DNA of 62,832 nucleotides, counting the filler, from Dugesia japonica (lineage: Eukaryota): NCBI GenBank assembly GCA_001938525.1. It is 6 parts of 6 records of this genome, joined end to end, with 100 filler letters (N's around TTAATTAATTAA, not from the genome) between each part and the next. Parts side by side here need not be neighbours in the genome. Positions count along the whole stretch, not along the records: positions 12,184 to 23,056 come from MQRL01209842.1; positions 23,157 to 32,027 come from MQRL01608347.1; 4 more parts are not named here. One strand, given 5' to 3'. Position 1 is the stretch's first letter, and each line of letters starts with the position of its first letter. The notes beneath the pieces were generated by a model. That model searched no databases, had not been told where the DNA came from, and worked only from the letters and a program-made list of their open reading frames with translations. This document shows, one piece after another, positions 13,268-25,306 of this stretch. A program made the position numbers and the translations under genes.

Positions 13268-13582
13268 ATGGATTCTTTACCAAGTTTATTATTATTAGAG
13301 AGAAATATTAATTTAATTAAAATAAAAAGAAATAGAAATAAAAAACTAGGATATTTTTATTTAAATAAACCTTTGGAATTATATTTTACATTAAATCCAT
13401 CTGAACAAAAAGTATATTTTGTTTTTCATGGATTATGTGATATTTCATTTTTTGAAATATTAATAATAATTAATGGTAAGAGTTTACATTTTGAATATAG
13501 TTTTACTGAAAATAAAATCTTTTCAAAATTAATATCAAGTGATAATCCATGTTTTGATATAAAAACAACAACAAATATATAG
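13268..13582 (+). CDS. Hypothetical Polinton-region protein fragment
   Basis: 104-aa ORF in the compact co-oriented gene run before pPolB; no recognisable motif. Confidence 0.3.
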   Translation: MDSLPSLLLLERNINLIKIKRNRNKKLGYFYLNKPLELYFTLNPSEQKVYFVFHGLCDISFFEILIIINGKSLHFEYSFTENKIFSKLISSDNPCFDIKTTTNI

Positions 13583-13719
13583 TATTTCGATAACTTTACC
13601 TGAAAAAATAAATCTTTATAGTATTACAATATTAAATGATTATACAATTGCAAAAGAAATATTAACTAAATATTCACCACCAAGTATGATACTAAATTAT
13701 TAAATTATTAATTTTAAAA

Positions 13720-14220
13720 ATGTGTGAAGATTATTCTACTAATATTTATCCTGATCTGGATTCTATGAAAGATTATATTTCTAAAGATAAAGAAATAACA
13801 ATTCAAGATTTAAAAACCAAATTAGCAAATTTAAGAATTGTTGATTTTGAATCTGAGTTATATTTTATTGATGAAAAAATTACACATTTTAATAAATTAT
13901 ATAAAATCAGAATTTTATTCGGGAATAAGATATACAGATATTGGTATAAGTGTAATTATTAGAATTGGTGGTGGAGTTATAGTTACTTTAAGAACTTTAG
14001 GATTTGCAACACCATTAATTACTACTGAAATAATAACTTCAGTTCCAATAATTTATTCTATTGTACACGGAACTTTAAAAATTTCATGTTTAAATAAAAG
14101 AAAAAAATTATAATGATTTAATTCATGAATTAGAAGCATGTCGTAATAAATTATTTTTATTTCATCAAAAAGATTTAAAAGATGATATGTTGACAAATGA
14201 TGAAAATTTCAACTAGTAAA
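13720..14220 (+). pseudogene. Polinton/adintovirus transmembrane-hairpin protein (frameshifted)
   Basis: ORFs 13720 and 13838 and the following frame join as NIYPDL..., hydrophobic GGGVIVTLRTLGFATPLITTEIITSVPIIYSIV, then LKDDMLTNDE. This layout matches my recollection of a recurrent Polinton TM family. Confidence 0.55.
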
Positions 14221-14667
14221 AATATGGGTAAAGAAGTTAAAGATTTAATTTCAAAAACTAAAAAAAATTTTGCAAATTTTCAATCGAAAATAGAGAGTCT
14301 CAAGCAGAGCTCAGCGAGAAAAAATTTATTAAAAGAATTAGAAGACTTAAAAATTAAAATAATGAAAAAGTAATTCTTCGAGTCATGCATGACCAATTCT
14401 AAATTTTATATTTCTAAATTCTTCGAGTCCCGCGTGACCAATTCTATTTTAGAATTTATAAATTTTATATTACTAGAAATCTATCCTATTAAATTCGAGT
14501 CCTGCGGGGAGCAATTCTATTTTTAGAAACATTCAATATTTATGAATTTTAAAAAATTCTAAATTCTCGAGCAGAGCTCTGCGAGCTTAAAAATTCTAAA
14601 TTTTAAAAAAGTAGGTCCATCGTTTTAAATTAGGAATTTCTGTCCTATTAAATTTCCTAGTCTTTAA

Positions 14668-17600
14668 ATGTCTATAGTAAATAATACGCCTTTTACCTGC
14701 GAATATTGTAATCGAACGTTTAAAATTAAATCTGGTTTTTCATCACATATTAATTCAAAATCATGTCTTAAAATCGATAATTTATTTTGTAATAATTATC
14801 ATAAAATATTTAAAAGTATAAAAGGATTAAAACAACATACAAACTCTGAAATATGTATTCAAAATCTTGGGGGGAAATATCATTACATTGTAAAGAATGT
14901 GATAAAACATTTTCAAAAATATACCAAGCAAAATTACATTATAAAAGTAATTTACATTTACAAAATGTAAAAAACTATAATGAACTAAAAGTAAAAGAAT
15001 TATTTGATCAATTATCTTTAAATGAACCAATTAATTATGAAAATAAAAATATTAAAAGATTATTTAAAGGAAATGCATTTAAAGATTTTTCAAAATCATA
15101 TTTTAAAGATAGCAAAATCAAATTAATTAAAAAAGTTAATCTACACACAGTAGAAGAATTAAAAGACGAAACAATTAATATATAAAACAAATATTTGGAA
15201 TATAGTAAAAAAATGTGCACAAAATTAAGTATTAAAGTTTTGTATATAAAAGAGGGTGAAGGTGAAAATAAAAAATCAACATATAAATATTATTCAAATA
15301 ATAATAAAATTTGCATGTCTTCAAATATTGATCAAATAGTTCAAGTTCAATTAATGGAATTACAAAAATATATTGAAGAGTCTGAAATAAATGAATATAG
15401 ATGGACAATTGAAAAAATAATTGAATATAAAACAGAATTATGTAAATATCAATCATTAGCTGGTTCATCTTATATTCAATTACCATTTAAAAAAACAGGT
15501 GTAATTAATATTATAAATTATAATAATTATAATTTAATTATAATTATTATAATTATAATTATTATAATTATAATTATTATAATTATAATAATTATAATTT
15601 AATTATAATTATTATAATTAATTATAATTATAATTATAATTATAATAATTATAATTATTATAATTATAATTATAATTATTATAATTATAATTATTATAAT
15701 TATTGTTTTATATATGCTGTATTATCACACAAATTTCGATTGGAAAATCCAACATGAGTATCTAATTATACAAAATATATTAAACAAAATTATTTTGATA
15801 TAACTGGAATGACATTTCCAGCAAGAATTGAAGACATAAAAATCTTTGAAAAATTAATTAATTTCCAAATAAATATATTTAATCTATCGCATACACTCTA
15901 GGAAGAAATTAATCTTCAACCGGTTTACATTACATATTACAATATTGATCAAATTGAAAATAAAGTTAATTTATTATATTATCAAGGGCACTATATATTA
16001 TGTAGAGATATTCGGGTATTTTTTACAACAAATTGTAATCAAAATAAAGTTTGCATTAATTGTCTGAATTGTTTTTCTAATAATAATTTATTAGAAAAAC
16101 ATCAAAAAGAATGCATATTTCACAAACCTTCAAATGTTAAATTTGAAAAAGATACTTGGTTCAAATTTAAAAATGATTATTTTATGAACCAAATTCTATT
16201 CGAAATATACGAAGATTGGGAATCTTATACTGATTCTAAAGGTGCTCAACACCCAATTTCAGAAGGGATTCAAATAGTTTCAAAATAAACAGAACTATTT
16301 CAAAATACATATTATCAATATCATGGGAGTGCTGTAATTGATAAATTTAATAAATTTCTATCTATCATAAATTCTAATTAACAGAAATAAAAGATAAAAC
16401 CACTAATAAATATTTCAAATATTTTGGAAATGATCATCCAGAATTTAAACAAAATAAAACAAAATGCAGGTATTGTGATAAAATAATTAAACATGGAAAT
16501 CAAGTTCTTGATCATGATCATTATAATTGAAAATTTAGAGTATATGCACATAATAATTGTAATTTACAAGATCAATCAATTAAAAGATTTTTTATTCCAA
16601 TTCACATGCATAATGCATCAGGATATGACAATTATTTATTTTTTTAGAGAATTATGTGAAAAATATCCAGATGAAATTAAAAAAGTAATTTCACAAAATG
16701 ATGAAAATTATATTTCTTTTGAATTTGGAAATATAAGATTCCTAGATTCATTAAGAATGTTTCCATGTACATCAATAGATAAAATGGGAGAAATGTTAAA
16801 AACATCTAATCATTTTCCAATATTAAAATCACATAAATTAGAACCATAAAAAGCACCTTTTCCATATGATTATATAAAAGGTGAAAATTCAAAAGAAGCA
16901 ATTAAATTATTAAAATCAGATAAAATTTATTAAATTTATTAAAATAAATTAAAACAAAAACATATTTCAAATGATGAATATAATTTATTTTTAAATTTAT
17001 TAAAACATCATAAAAACATGTNNNNNNNNNNACATGTTATATTACATGAAACTTGATGTGGGAATTTTATGAGATTTTTACACGAGTTAAATTAAAATAT
17101 GCAAAAGAAAATACATATTATATATTTATGAAAATTGAAAGAGGCATTAGAGGTGGATTTTCTGGAGTTTGTGGTGAGCGTCAAGTATTTTCAAATAATA
17201 AAAATAAGACTTATAAACAATTAAATAAAGCTCAATTTGATGATTTAATAAAAATGATGAATTCAAATCATGAAATTCCTACAAAATATTTTCAAAATAC
17301 ACATATAAAATATTTAGACGAAAATTCATTGTATTCAGCTTGTATGACAAAATCATTACCTACAGGCGAAATAATTAAATGTGATGATGATATTTTTGAA
17401 TCAAAGATTAATGAAAACATTGAATATTTATATGAAGTGAATCTAGAATATCCACCTGAAATACATGATAAAACTAAATATTATCCATTAGCTCCAGATC
17501 GAATAAATATAACAAACGATATTTTAAGTCCATATCAAAAATAATTTGATCGCAATCAATATAAAACTATTAAATTAACTTTAAATCAATTTGATAAGAA

Positions 17601-18506
17601 AAATTACATAGTATCAGGAAGTACTTAAGATTTTTATTTAAAACAGGGAATGAAATTAAAGGAAGTACATAATAAATATAAAATTAAAAAATGAAACACT
17701 GCTTAAAAGAATATATTGAATTTAATATTAAACAAAGAAATATTGCAAAAAAGTATAATGATAAATTTATTGATTATTTTTTTAAATTATTAAATAATGC
17801 CTTCTTTGGAAAAACATTAGAAGACAGGAAAAGATGCAATATAGATATTGTTTCAAGTGATAAAAACTTCCAAAAGGAAACTAGCAAAATATCATACAAA
17901 GATATTTACAGAAAATCTGACAGCCATGCATATGAGAAGAACTAATTTCAAATATAACAAGTTCCCATATGTAGGGTTTATGATATTAGAGTATGCTAAA
18001 CTGATTATTATGATTTTATAAATAATCAATTAGATTCAGTAATTCAAAATCACCATAAAATACATTATATTGATACTGACTCTATATTTATATAAATTAT
18101 AGAAGATCATAATGTAAATAAAGTTTAAAAATTATTAGGCAATCAATTATTTTAGTTGAAAGACGAAAAACATGATTCTGAAATAATTAAATGTGATTTT
18201 ATTAAAGCAAAATCATATGCATATGAGTATGTTGAAAATCACAAAGATCAAATCAACGTAGACACTAGACATAAAGGTGTGTCTAAATTTAATAATATTC
18301 AAATGGATTCATTTGATAAAGTATTAAATACAAATGAANCCATATATGAAACTAATTTTACTTTAAAATCAAATAAACATCAAATTAGTATACTTGAGCA
18401 AAACAAAATAGATCTTATTGGTTATGATGTCAAGAGATTAATTGAAAATAATGGAATTAGAACATGGCCAAATAGACATCAATTCAAAAGTCAATATTGC
18501 AACTAA
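14668..18506 (+). pseudogene. Polinton/Maverick protein-primed family B DNA polymerase (pPolB), decayed
   Basis: Three C2H2-like fingers; GSSYIQLP..INI; Exo I YEDWES, Exo II HNASGYD; FLDS; FPYDY; RGIRGG; motif A DENSLY; motif B KLLNNAFFGK; motif C YIDTDS; KSYAY; HKGV. Many stops and frameshifts. Confidence 0.95.
15510..15703. repeat. (ATT/ATA)n-type microsatellite expansion inside pPolB
   Basis: About 190 bp of ATAATT/ATT repeats; the reading frame resumes as NYCFIYAV. Confidence 0.95.
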
Positions 18507-18924
18507 TTCCATTTTACTTTAGATAAATTAAATAATAATTTAAATTGTAATAATAAATAATTATAAAATATATATTTGTACATATTTTTATTTAATTACT
18601 TAATTTTAACTCAATCTCTAATTATTTCTTTACTATTTTATATTTTAATACTATTACATAATTATATATTAAATCGCTTTACACTATATTTAAATTTTAA
18701 TAATTCATTTATATTTATTAAAAATATCATATTTCAATACTATTAAATAATTATACTTAAAATGGATTACTCAATATTTTAATTTTTAATAATTCATTTA
18801 CATTTATTAACAAAATTACCTTTTTTTAAATAAATAAAAATTTATAAAACTTATTAAAAAAAACGTTTTTTCATTTTTTATCAAAAATCAATTTTTTACA
18901 ATAATTATTTATACTAAACACTAG

Positions 18925-19067
18925 TAGATATAAAAATACTTTTTCGCTTAAACAGATGGTTATTTTACCTTTTTCTCTTGAAAATTCAGCGAGCGATTGT
19001 TTACAAGAATTTTCAAGGGAAAGGGTAAGGAAGCATCTGCTGAAGCGAAAAAGTATTTTTAAATCTA
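18925..19067. repeat. Long imperfect inverted repeat (MITE-like hairpin)
   Basis: Arms of about 60 bp: TAGATATAAAAATACTTTTTCGCTT..CTTGAAAATTC pairs with GAATTTTCAAGG..AAGCGAAAAAGTATTTTTAAATCTA; loop about 20 nt. Confidence 0.85.
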
Positions 19068-19088
19068 ATTATCTTAAAAACTAATAAA

Positions 19089-19960
19089 TTATTGAATGAC
19101 TATCAAGATAATATATTTTGTAATAATTGATAACTTTGTAATTTCTTTTCTTGTTTTACATATAGGAAGAAGGAGTCCGCGACTTCCAAATAATTTTAAA
19201 AGGGGTTCATTTAACAAAAAGGCTAAGAAACACTGGATTAAATTTATATCAATATAATAATTAATCATAATGATAAAACAATTTTTAATCAATACAAAAC
19301 CAAGCTTACAATTCCCGGTATATATATCTCATTGTGAAATGATCTTGCTATTGATTCCGCTTCATCAATATCTACAGCTATTTTAGGATTCAACCGTAAA
19401 TGTGGAATTCCAATTTCTTTTATCCAAAATAATTCCTGAATTCGTAATATATTTTTCTCTTTCACTAAAAATAATGAAAAATCACTTCATTTGCAAAATT
19501 ATAAAATCTATTGAAACTTTCAACCATAACTATATTTCGTTTACCATTAATTAAAATATTTCGAAAATTCTCCAATATTTCTTTAAATTTAAACTTAATT
19601 TGTTCGACCAGAATTAAATTGATTTCAAGATGAGGATTACCTCTCAATGATTCAAACTCTAATATTTCATTTGGGAATTCACTAAGTTTTATTTGTTTTA
19701 ATATTAGATTGGATTCATCAATTAACTCATTGATTCCTGATGTTCTATTTTTTTATCATATAAAAACTAATAACAAGCAGCTTACTTTAAAATGCTTTCA
19801 AATGTTTTATCAATATCACTTGTAACTTTTACAGATGTATTTTCTCTAAAATTTGTAATGTCCTTTAATTTCAATATAGTTTCCTCTGCCTGTACGATTT
19901 TTTGTCTACTAGATAGTATCTTGTTCAAATAACTTTGTATATTCTTAAAAACATTTCAAA
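19089..19960 (-). pseudogene. Unidentified protein-coding remnant, possibly a host gene with a short intron
   Basis: Coding-like stretches (TSGINELIDESNLILKQIKLSEFPNEILEFESLRGNPHLEINL; GIPHLRLNPKIAVDIDEAESIARSF) separated by a GTAAG...AG segment of about 40 nt at ~19745-19786. Confidence 0.3.
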
Positions 19961-20099
19961 CATTAAGTTTGCAAAATTATTCTAGATTTTTAAAATATTA
20001 AATAGAGAGAAACTGCCAAATTAATTTAATTATTACTGATTTTAGATTTCAAATATTTATGTTGTCAAAGTAAAAAAAATGTTAATCTTCTAACAATTA

Positions 20100-20360
20100 G
20101 TTCAACATTTACGCAATTGCAGGCTCAGCAAATTTAAGCCAAATAAATCATCAGTAGAGGCCACGCGCAACATTAATAGCGTTTATAAAGTAATGTTGAG
20201 TGAGGGAGGTAAGAAGATGGTTAACGAAGTTTTGATTGTGAAACTTTGAGCTGGAGGATAAACCAAGATAAGAAAGGCAATTAGTCATAGACGATCAAGT
20301 TCTTTGCAATATGTCACATCCTCCAGCTCAAAATTTCAAAATCAAAACTAATTAGACCAT
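20100..20360 (+). mobile_element. Mariner N-terminal HTH fragment ending in a fold-back duplication
   Basis: HLRNC..EATRNINSVY..VRRWLTKF..NFELEDKPR..IDDQVL; 20229-20260 is repeated inverted at ~20319-20349. Confidence 0.7.
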
Positions 20361-20559
20361 TGATTTTGGTGATTTGTTAAAGAAAAATTTCTAAGAAATT
20401 AATTGTCCCATATTCAATGATGATTTATTCACTTCAGTAAAAATGGTCAAATACTTGTATTGCTAAGGAGATTCTTTATTTTGAAATTAAAAATTTTAAA
20501 CTGTTACTATTTTAAGAATCTAATTGAATAAATTTCCAAAGGAATGAAAAACAGATTGA

Positions 20560-21650
20560 TAATAATTGAATAAATAGTTAAATAAAATGAAACCTTGGGT
20601 TCAAGGTTTTTTGGTATTTTGTCAAAAATGAGTCACAAAACATTTTAAAAATGTAGTGAATATATGGCTGTTCTATGTGATTTACTATAAATGCAACCTT
20701 ATTATTTAAACCAGGAAAGCACATGGTGGAAAAAATCACAATAGAATTTTCAACAGATTTTGAGGACATAATAGATGTTTTAGATCAAATCTCGGAATGG
20801 GGTTGATATAAGTGCTTCTAATAAAGGTAAAGCTTTAACGAATAGTTTAACTAAATATGATTTACTAATTTCCTTGAATTGTCAGGTTTCCATTCTTCAT
20901 TTATTTATACCTTTGAGTAAAATCTTTCAAAAAACCTCTATACATTTATTACATGCTAGATATTTAATCAATAGTTGATTTCAATAATTCCCAATATTTT
21001 GGTCTTCGCGGAACCCTAATTATCAGCCTTTTCCATCATAAACGTTTAGATTACCATGGTTCAATCAGTCTGGATTTGTGACAAAGTTTTTTAGGTATTA
21101 ATTATGAAAAATAAGGGAGTTTTGTTGGCCAAATTTTTATTGTTTTGTTAAGAAAATGCAAAATGTGAAAAGATAAAAATTCCAAAAATAAAAATAGGAT
21201 TTTACTTATACAAAACATTTCGTCCAAAAAATTAAAACACTGAAAAATTTTCGTGGAACCCCAAATTTAGGTCGCGGAACCCCGGTTGGGAACCACTGGT
21301 TTACTTGAAACTTTAAAAATCATAAGAGAAAATTGATTGATTCCCAGTTTTATACAATTTTCAAAAATGTTATAATTATAGCTAAATCCCTTAATATAGA
21401 AATCGAATTTCCAATAATGATTTCATTGTCATCCATCGTTTTTGCATTAACTGTTAGTGTGGCTTCATCGGAAAGAAGCTTTTCATGATTGAAAATATTA
21501 AAGACTTAAGTAAGAAATGAAATAGGCTAAGATGGATTCTTAGGTTTAAAGTTATTAAATATTTATAGGGATATAAATGTTAAAATTGATAGTGTAACAA
21601 ATTTAATTTCCAATGGGGGCAAAAGGAGGCTAGATTTTATAATGAAATAA
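20560..21650 (+). mobile_element. hAT transposase remnant (PRKRIR/THAP12-like) with C-terminal dimerisation domain
   Basis: LDQISEW.DISASNKGKAL..PLSKIFQK; later TVSVASSERSFS*LKILKT..LLNIYRDI..KRRLDF. Confidence 0.85.
20977..21298 (+). mobile_element. Non-autonomous hAT element nested in the hAT transposase
   Basis: Interrupts ..INS|LLETLK; carries repeated CG(C/T)GGAACCC subterminal motifs and ends ..GTTGGGAACCACTG. Confidence 0.7.
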
Positions 21651-22589
21651 AAGTTATTTTAATTTAAATCAAGTTCGTTCCTCTTTAGTTTTGATTACAA
21701 TATTATGTAAGTAATTTTATGGTTATATACGTATATTATGGTTATAATATTTTTGTTGAATGTTGTATGCTAATGGTATGTAACTATTNNNNNNNNNNNN
21801 NNNNNNNNNNNNNNNNNNNNNNNNNNNNNNNNNNNNNNNNNNNNNNNNNNNNNNNNNNNNNNNNNNNNATTAACTAAATTTTCTTCTAAAATAAAAATAT
21901 TGTTGCAGTTACATTTAATAAATCCACCATCTCATGAAAAATTCCTGAATGCTTCGTTGATATAAGCGTCTGTGAAATTAATACTTTTTTGTCTGAAATT
22001 CAATATTATAAAAATGACGGAGAAACGTCAAAAATATTGAAAAAAATAATCAATTAATATAAATTTTTTTGTCGTTATTTACGCAAACTTCAAATCATGG
22101 CAAAGATTATTTTAAAAAATTTAATTATTTGAAGGTTTAAGAGAAAAAGGAAACAGATTATTTCACATTTTAATAAAGAATATGGTTTTCATAAATAAGA
22201 TAGACCAGAACATGAACGAGTAAAGTAGTTAATGTGGAAATTAAATAAATAGAGTATATAAAAGTAGTGAGTTAGGTACACACTAACTCAGTTNNNNNNN
22301 NNNNNNNNNNNNNNNNNNNNNNNNNNNNNNNNNNNNNNNNNNNNNNNNNNNNNNNNNNNNNNNNNNNNNNNNNNNNNNNNNNNNNNNNNNNNNNNNNNNN
22401 NNNNNNNNNNNNNNNNNNNNNNNNNNNNNNNNNNNNNNNNNNNNNNNNNNNNNNNNNNNNNNNAATATCATAATTACTTTCTTCATAATTACTTTCACAA
22501 TCTGACTTCATTAAATACCAATATTTATTAAAATAAAAAATTACACAATATTTTTTAAAATATTTAAACAAGTATTAATCACTGTAACT

Positions 22590-23056
22590 CTCCCCTTCTT
22601 CAAAATGCTTTCTTTAGATTAACTGTTTTGTTTTTAGAAATGGTTTTCATTTTTGCATGCAAATTTGTTCGCCTTTCAAATACAATCTCAAATGGTAAGT
22701 ATTTTGTTGATTCTTGAACTGTACCGTTTCTACTGATTTCAATTCTTGTAAGTAAAGCATTCCAGTGTTTTTTCGCAGCAATTTCCTTTAAGTGATGTTT
22801 TAATCATATTTCTTATGGTCTAAATTATTTTTTCTCCCAGCGCATGGGATTGGTGTTGATACGGACAGCTGACCTCTTGTTTAATATTAAACTTTACTTA
22901 CTTCTCTGAAATTTATTTGCTCTCAAACTATTTTCATTTATCGGTTATTATGCTCTTTGTTTTGTCAAAACGATATATCCATTTGTTCAAAATTATTCCG
23001 AAAATTGTTTCTTCATCTATCTTTGATACCGCTGATATACTTACTTGTTTGCTAAA
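22590..23056 (-). mobile_element. Gypsy integrase C-terminal fragment with polypurine tract
   Basis: IITD..FES, SCPYQHQSHAL.EK, N.TVQEST.YLPFEIVF; tract GAAGAAGGGGAGAG. Confidence 0.75.
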
Positions 23057-23156
23057 NNNNNNNNNNNNNNNNNNNNNNNNNNNNNNNNNNNNNNNNNNNN
23101 TTAATTAATTAANNNNNNNNNNNNNNNNNNNNNNNNNNNNNNNNNNNNNNNNNNNN

Positions 23157-23400
23157 TTTTAAATTTTGAAATTATAAAGAAAATTTATTTTAAAAATCTT
23201 AATAAAAAATAAATGACTTTAAATAGATTTTAAAAGAATCTTAAGAAACGATCACCAATTTAAAACAGGAATTTANTTTGTTTAAAAACTCAATTAGTGT
23301 TGTTATAGTTTTTATATTAATAAATCGTTGTAATGAATTTGAATTCTGATGTTAATGATTCGATGAGTTATCAAAATTAAAAATATTTATGATCCACTGT
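23157..23400 (+). repeat. Degenerate LTR-like fragment related to the element-1 LTR
   Basis: Contains TGATGTTAATGATTCGA and flanks resembling 7835-7999. Confidence 0.45.
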
Positions 23401-24191
23401 TTGTAGTTAATTGAAACTAGAGAAAATTATTACTTTCTACTTAACCTTATTATTAGAAATGGAGTTGATTTTAAAATATTATGCTACTAAAATATAATAT
23501 TATAAAAAACAAAGCGAAAATTTCAAATAAATTATGTCATCTATTTATCAAAATATCTCCGACAATAATTTATTATTAAATAACCGATGTCTCTCTAATG
23601 ATAAATAATATTTACATTTACGGTTGTTTTGCAGTGTTATCATAATTTCATATTCACATGACCGATAATTAATTTGATTGATTGAAAAGTTGTCATTGAT
23701 TGAACTTACTCATTTAATTTTGTTTATTAAAAATTGGATATTGACTATTTGGAGCTTCGTTTTATATTAATAATATCAATTGAATCACATAAATTAACCA
23801 TATAATTAAAATACAAGCTAGCAATTTCTTATTGTATATTAAAATGCAAGAAATTTATTTGATTTTTAAATATCAAAAGTTCTTAAGATTTGAATGACAA
23901 TTTTTAATGGTTATTATCCAATTTTTTTCAAAAAAAAATATGAAAAAAACACTCGTTCTAATTATCATAAAATATTTTGAAAAATATCACCAGAATTTTA
24001 TAAGTGCATATAGTCCTCACTAAATGTTTTATAAGTAGTAAATTAGAAATCACAAAAATTTAGAATTTAAATTGTGTAGAAAATATTACAATAATAGTAA
24101 ATATCACTTTTTATCAATAGTATATTACGATTTACTGTTATAACTGATATTATTTAATAGGAATACATGATTGTAATTTACAATTTAAAAT

Positions 24192-24720
24192 ACAGTAAAG
24201 CCCCTTTATACTGCCATATTAAAAACTTTATTTTTTTGGCGTTAGCAGGGGTGGCGGTATAAAGGGATATGTTTAATTTATATCAACATGGTTGTTTCGA
24301 TAAGCTGACTGGTGTATAATGGCAAGTTTTATTTTGTTGTTCAGCTGCGATGCAAATTTTTTGGCAATTAAAATTTGTTGGTTTATCGCAACGTTTTGTT
24401 CCCTTTTCTGACCGAACCATATGTAAAGAGCAGAGTCACGTTCTAAATGTTTTACAGTTCAATGTTTAAGAATTTCATTATCTTCGTGCTCAAGCCAATA
24501 TTGTTTTTTGGCTAAAATATTACAAACCTNTCTTCGACTGATGTGCATTATAAACATCATCGCAAAAAATGTTAAAATCTCATTATGCGTGCAATAAGTC
24601 CTTCGGTATAACGTACAATCTCTCTTTTTGTTTTACCGTCAACTGTACATGTTTTTAAATTTCCTAAATTATTATCCAATCCATTCTTGTTCCTTTTGGG
24701 TTACACAGTTTTTTTTTGAT
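24192..24720 (-). mobile_element. pogo/Tigger remnant (HTH-psq + CENP-B HTH) with TACAG terminus
   Basis: QLTVKQKREIV.., SRR.VCNIL.KK, DSALYIWFGQKREQNVAINQQILIAK; terminus TACAGTAAAGCCCC. Confidence 0.75.
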
Positions 24721-25306
24721 AAAATTAATAAGGGTTCTAGTCCAACATGGTTTATACTTAAAAGCATTATTTCATAATTTCCGGGCAGTTAAGGTGTTAA
24801 TAATTATTCAATAAGTAAAATTTTACTATATTATTTAATCAAAATATAAAATTTTAATTGGGCCAAATTCTTAACCATCCCAGAAAATATAGTGTTAAAT
24901 TCCAATAACATAATTAATAGCCTATAAATATTGTATCCGAAACTTCTTCATCGACAATTTTAACCGATTTTACCATGGATGAAATTTGAATTTCTTTTAT
25001 AATAGGAATTGTCCTAACTATCGAGAACCTGTGATATTAATAGATACATTTTTGTTTCATGATAATTGTGTTGATCCTAAATTACTATTTTACTTATTGC
25101 TAACTTAAATCGTTATTTCTAGGGGTAAAAAATAAATATTTTACCTCTGTTAAAAAATTATTAAAAATGTTCAACTTCGGGGACTTTTTGTTCNNNNNNN
25201 NNNNNNNNNNNNNNNNNNNNNNNNNNNNNNNNNNNNNNNNNNNNNNNNNNNNNNNNNNNNNNNNNNNNNNNNNNNNNNNNNNNNNNNNNNNNNNNNNNNN
25301 NNNNNN

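Noticed and set aside
14370-14520. CRISPR-like repeat/spacer pattern
   Set aside because: Only three units with irregular spacing, in a eukaryotic viral context, and no cas genes. Reported instead as palindromic motifs.
15195-15602. Poly-isoleucine membrane protein
   Set aside because: The tail is only the translation of a microsatellite within the pPolB pseudogene.
19465-19647. Penton paralog (RGNPHLEINL resembles GRSPNLEINL at 43698)
   Set aside because: The similarity does not extend beyond a few residues and the frame continues upstream as unrelated sequence.
21790-22571. ORFs spanning N runs (also 3868, 28268, 45829, 51333)
   Set aside because: They are open only because of ambiguous bases.
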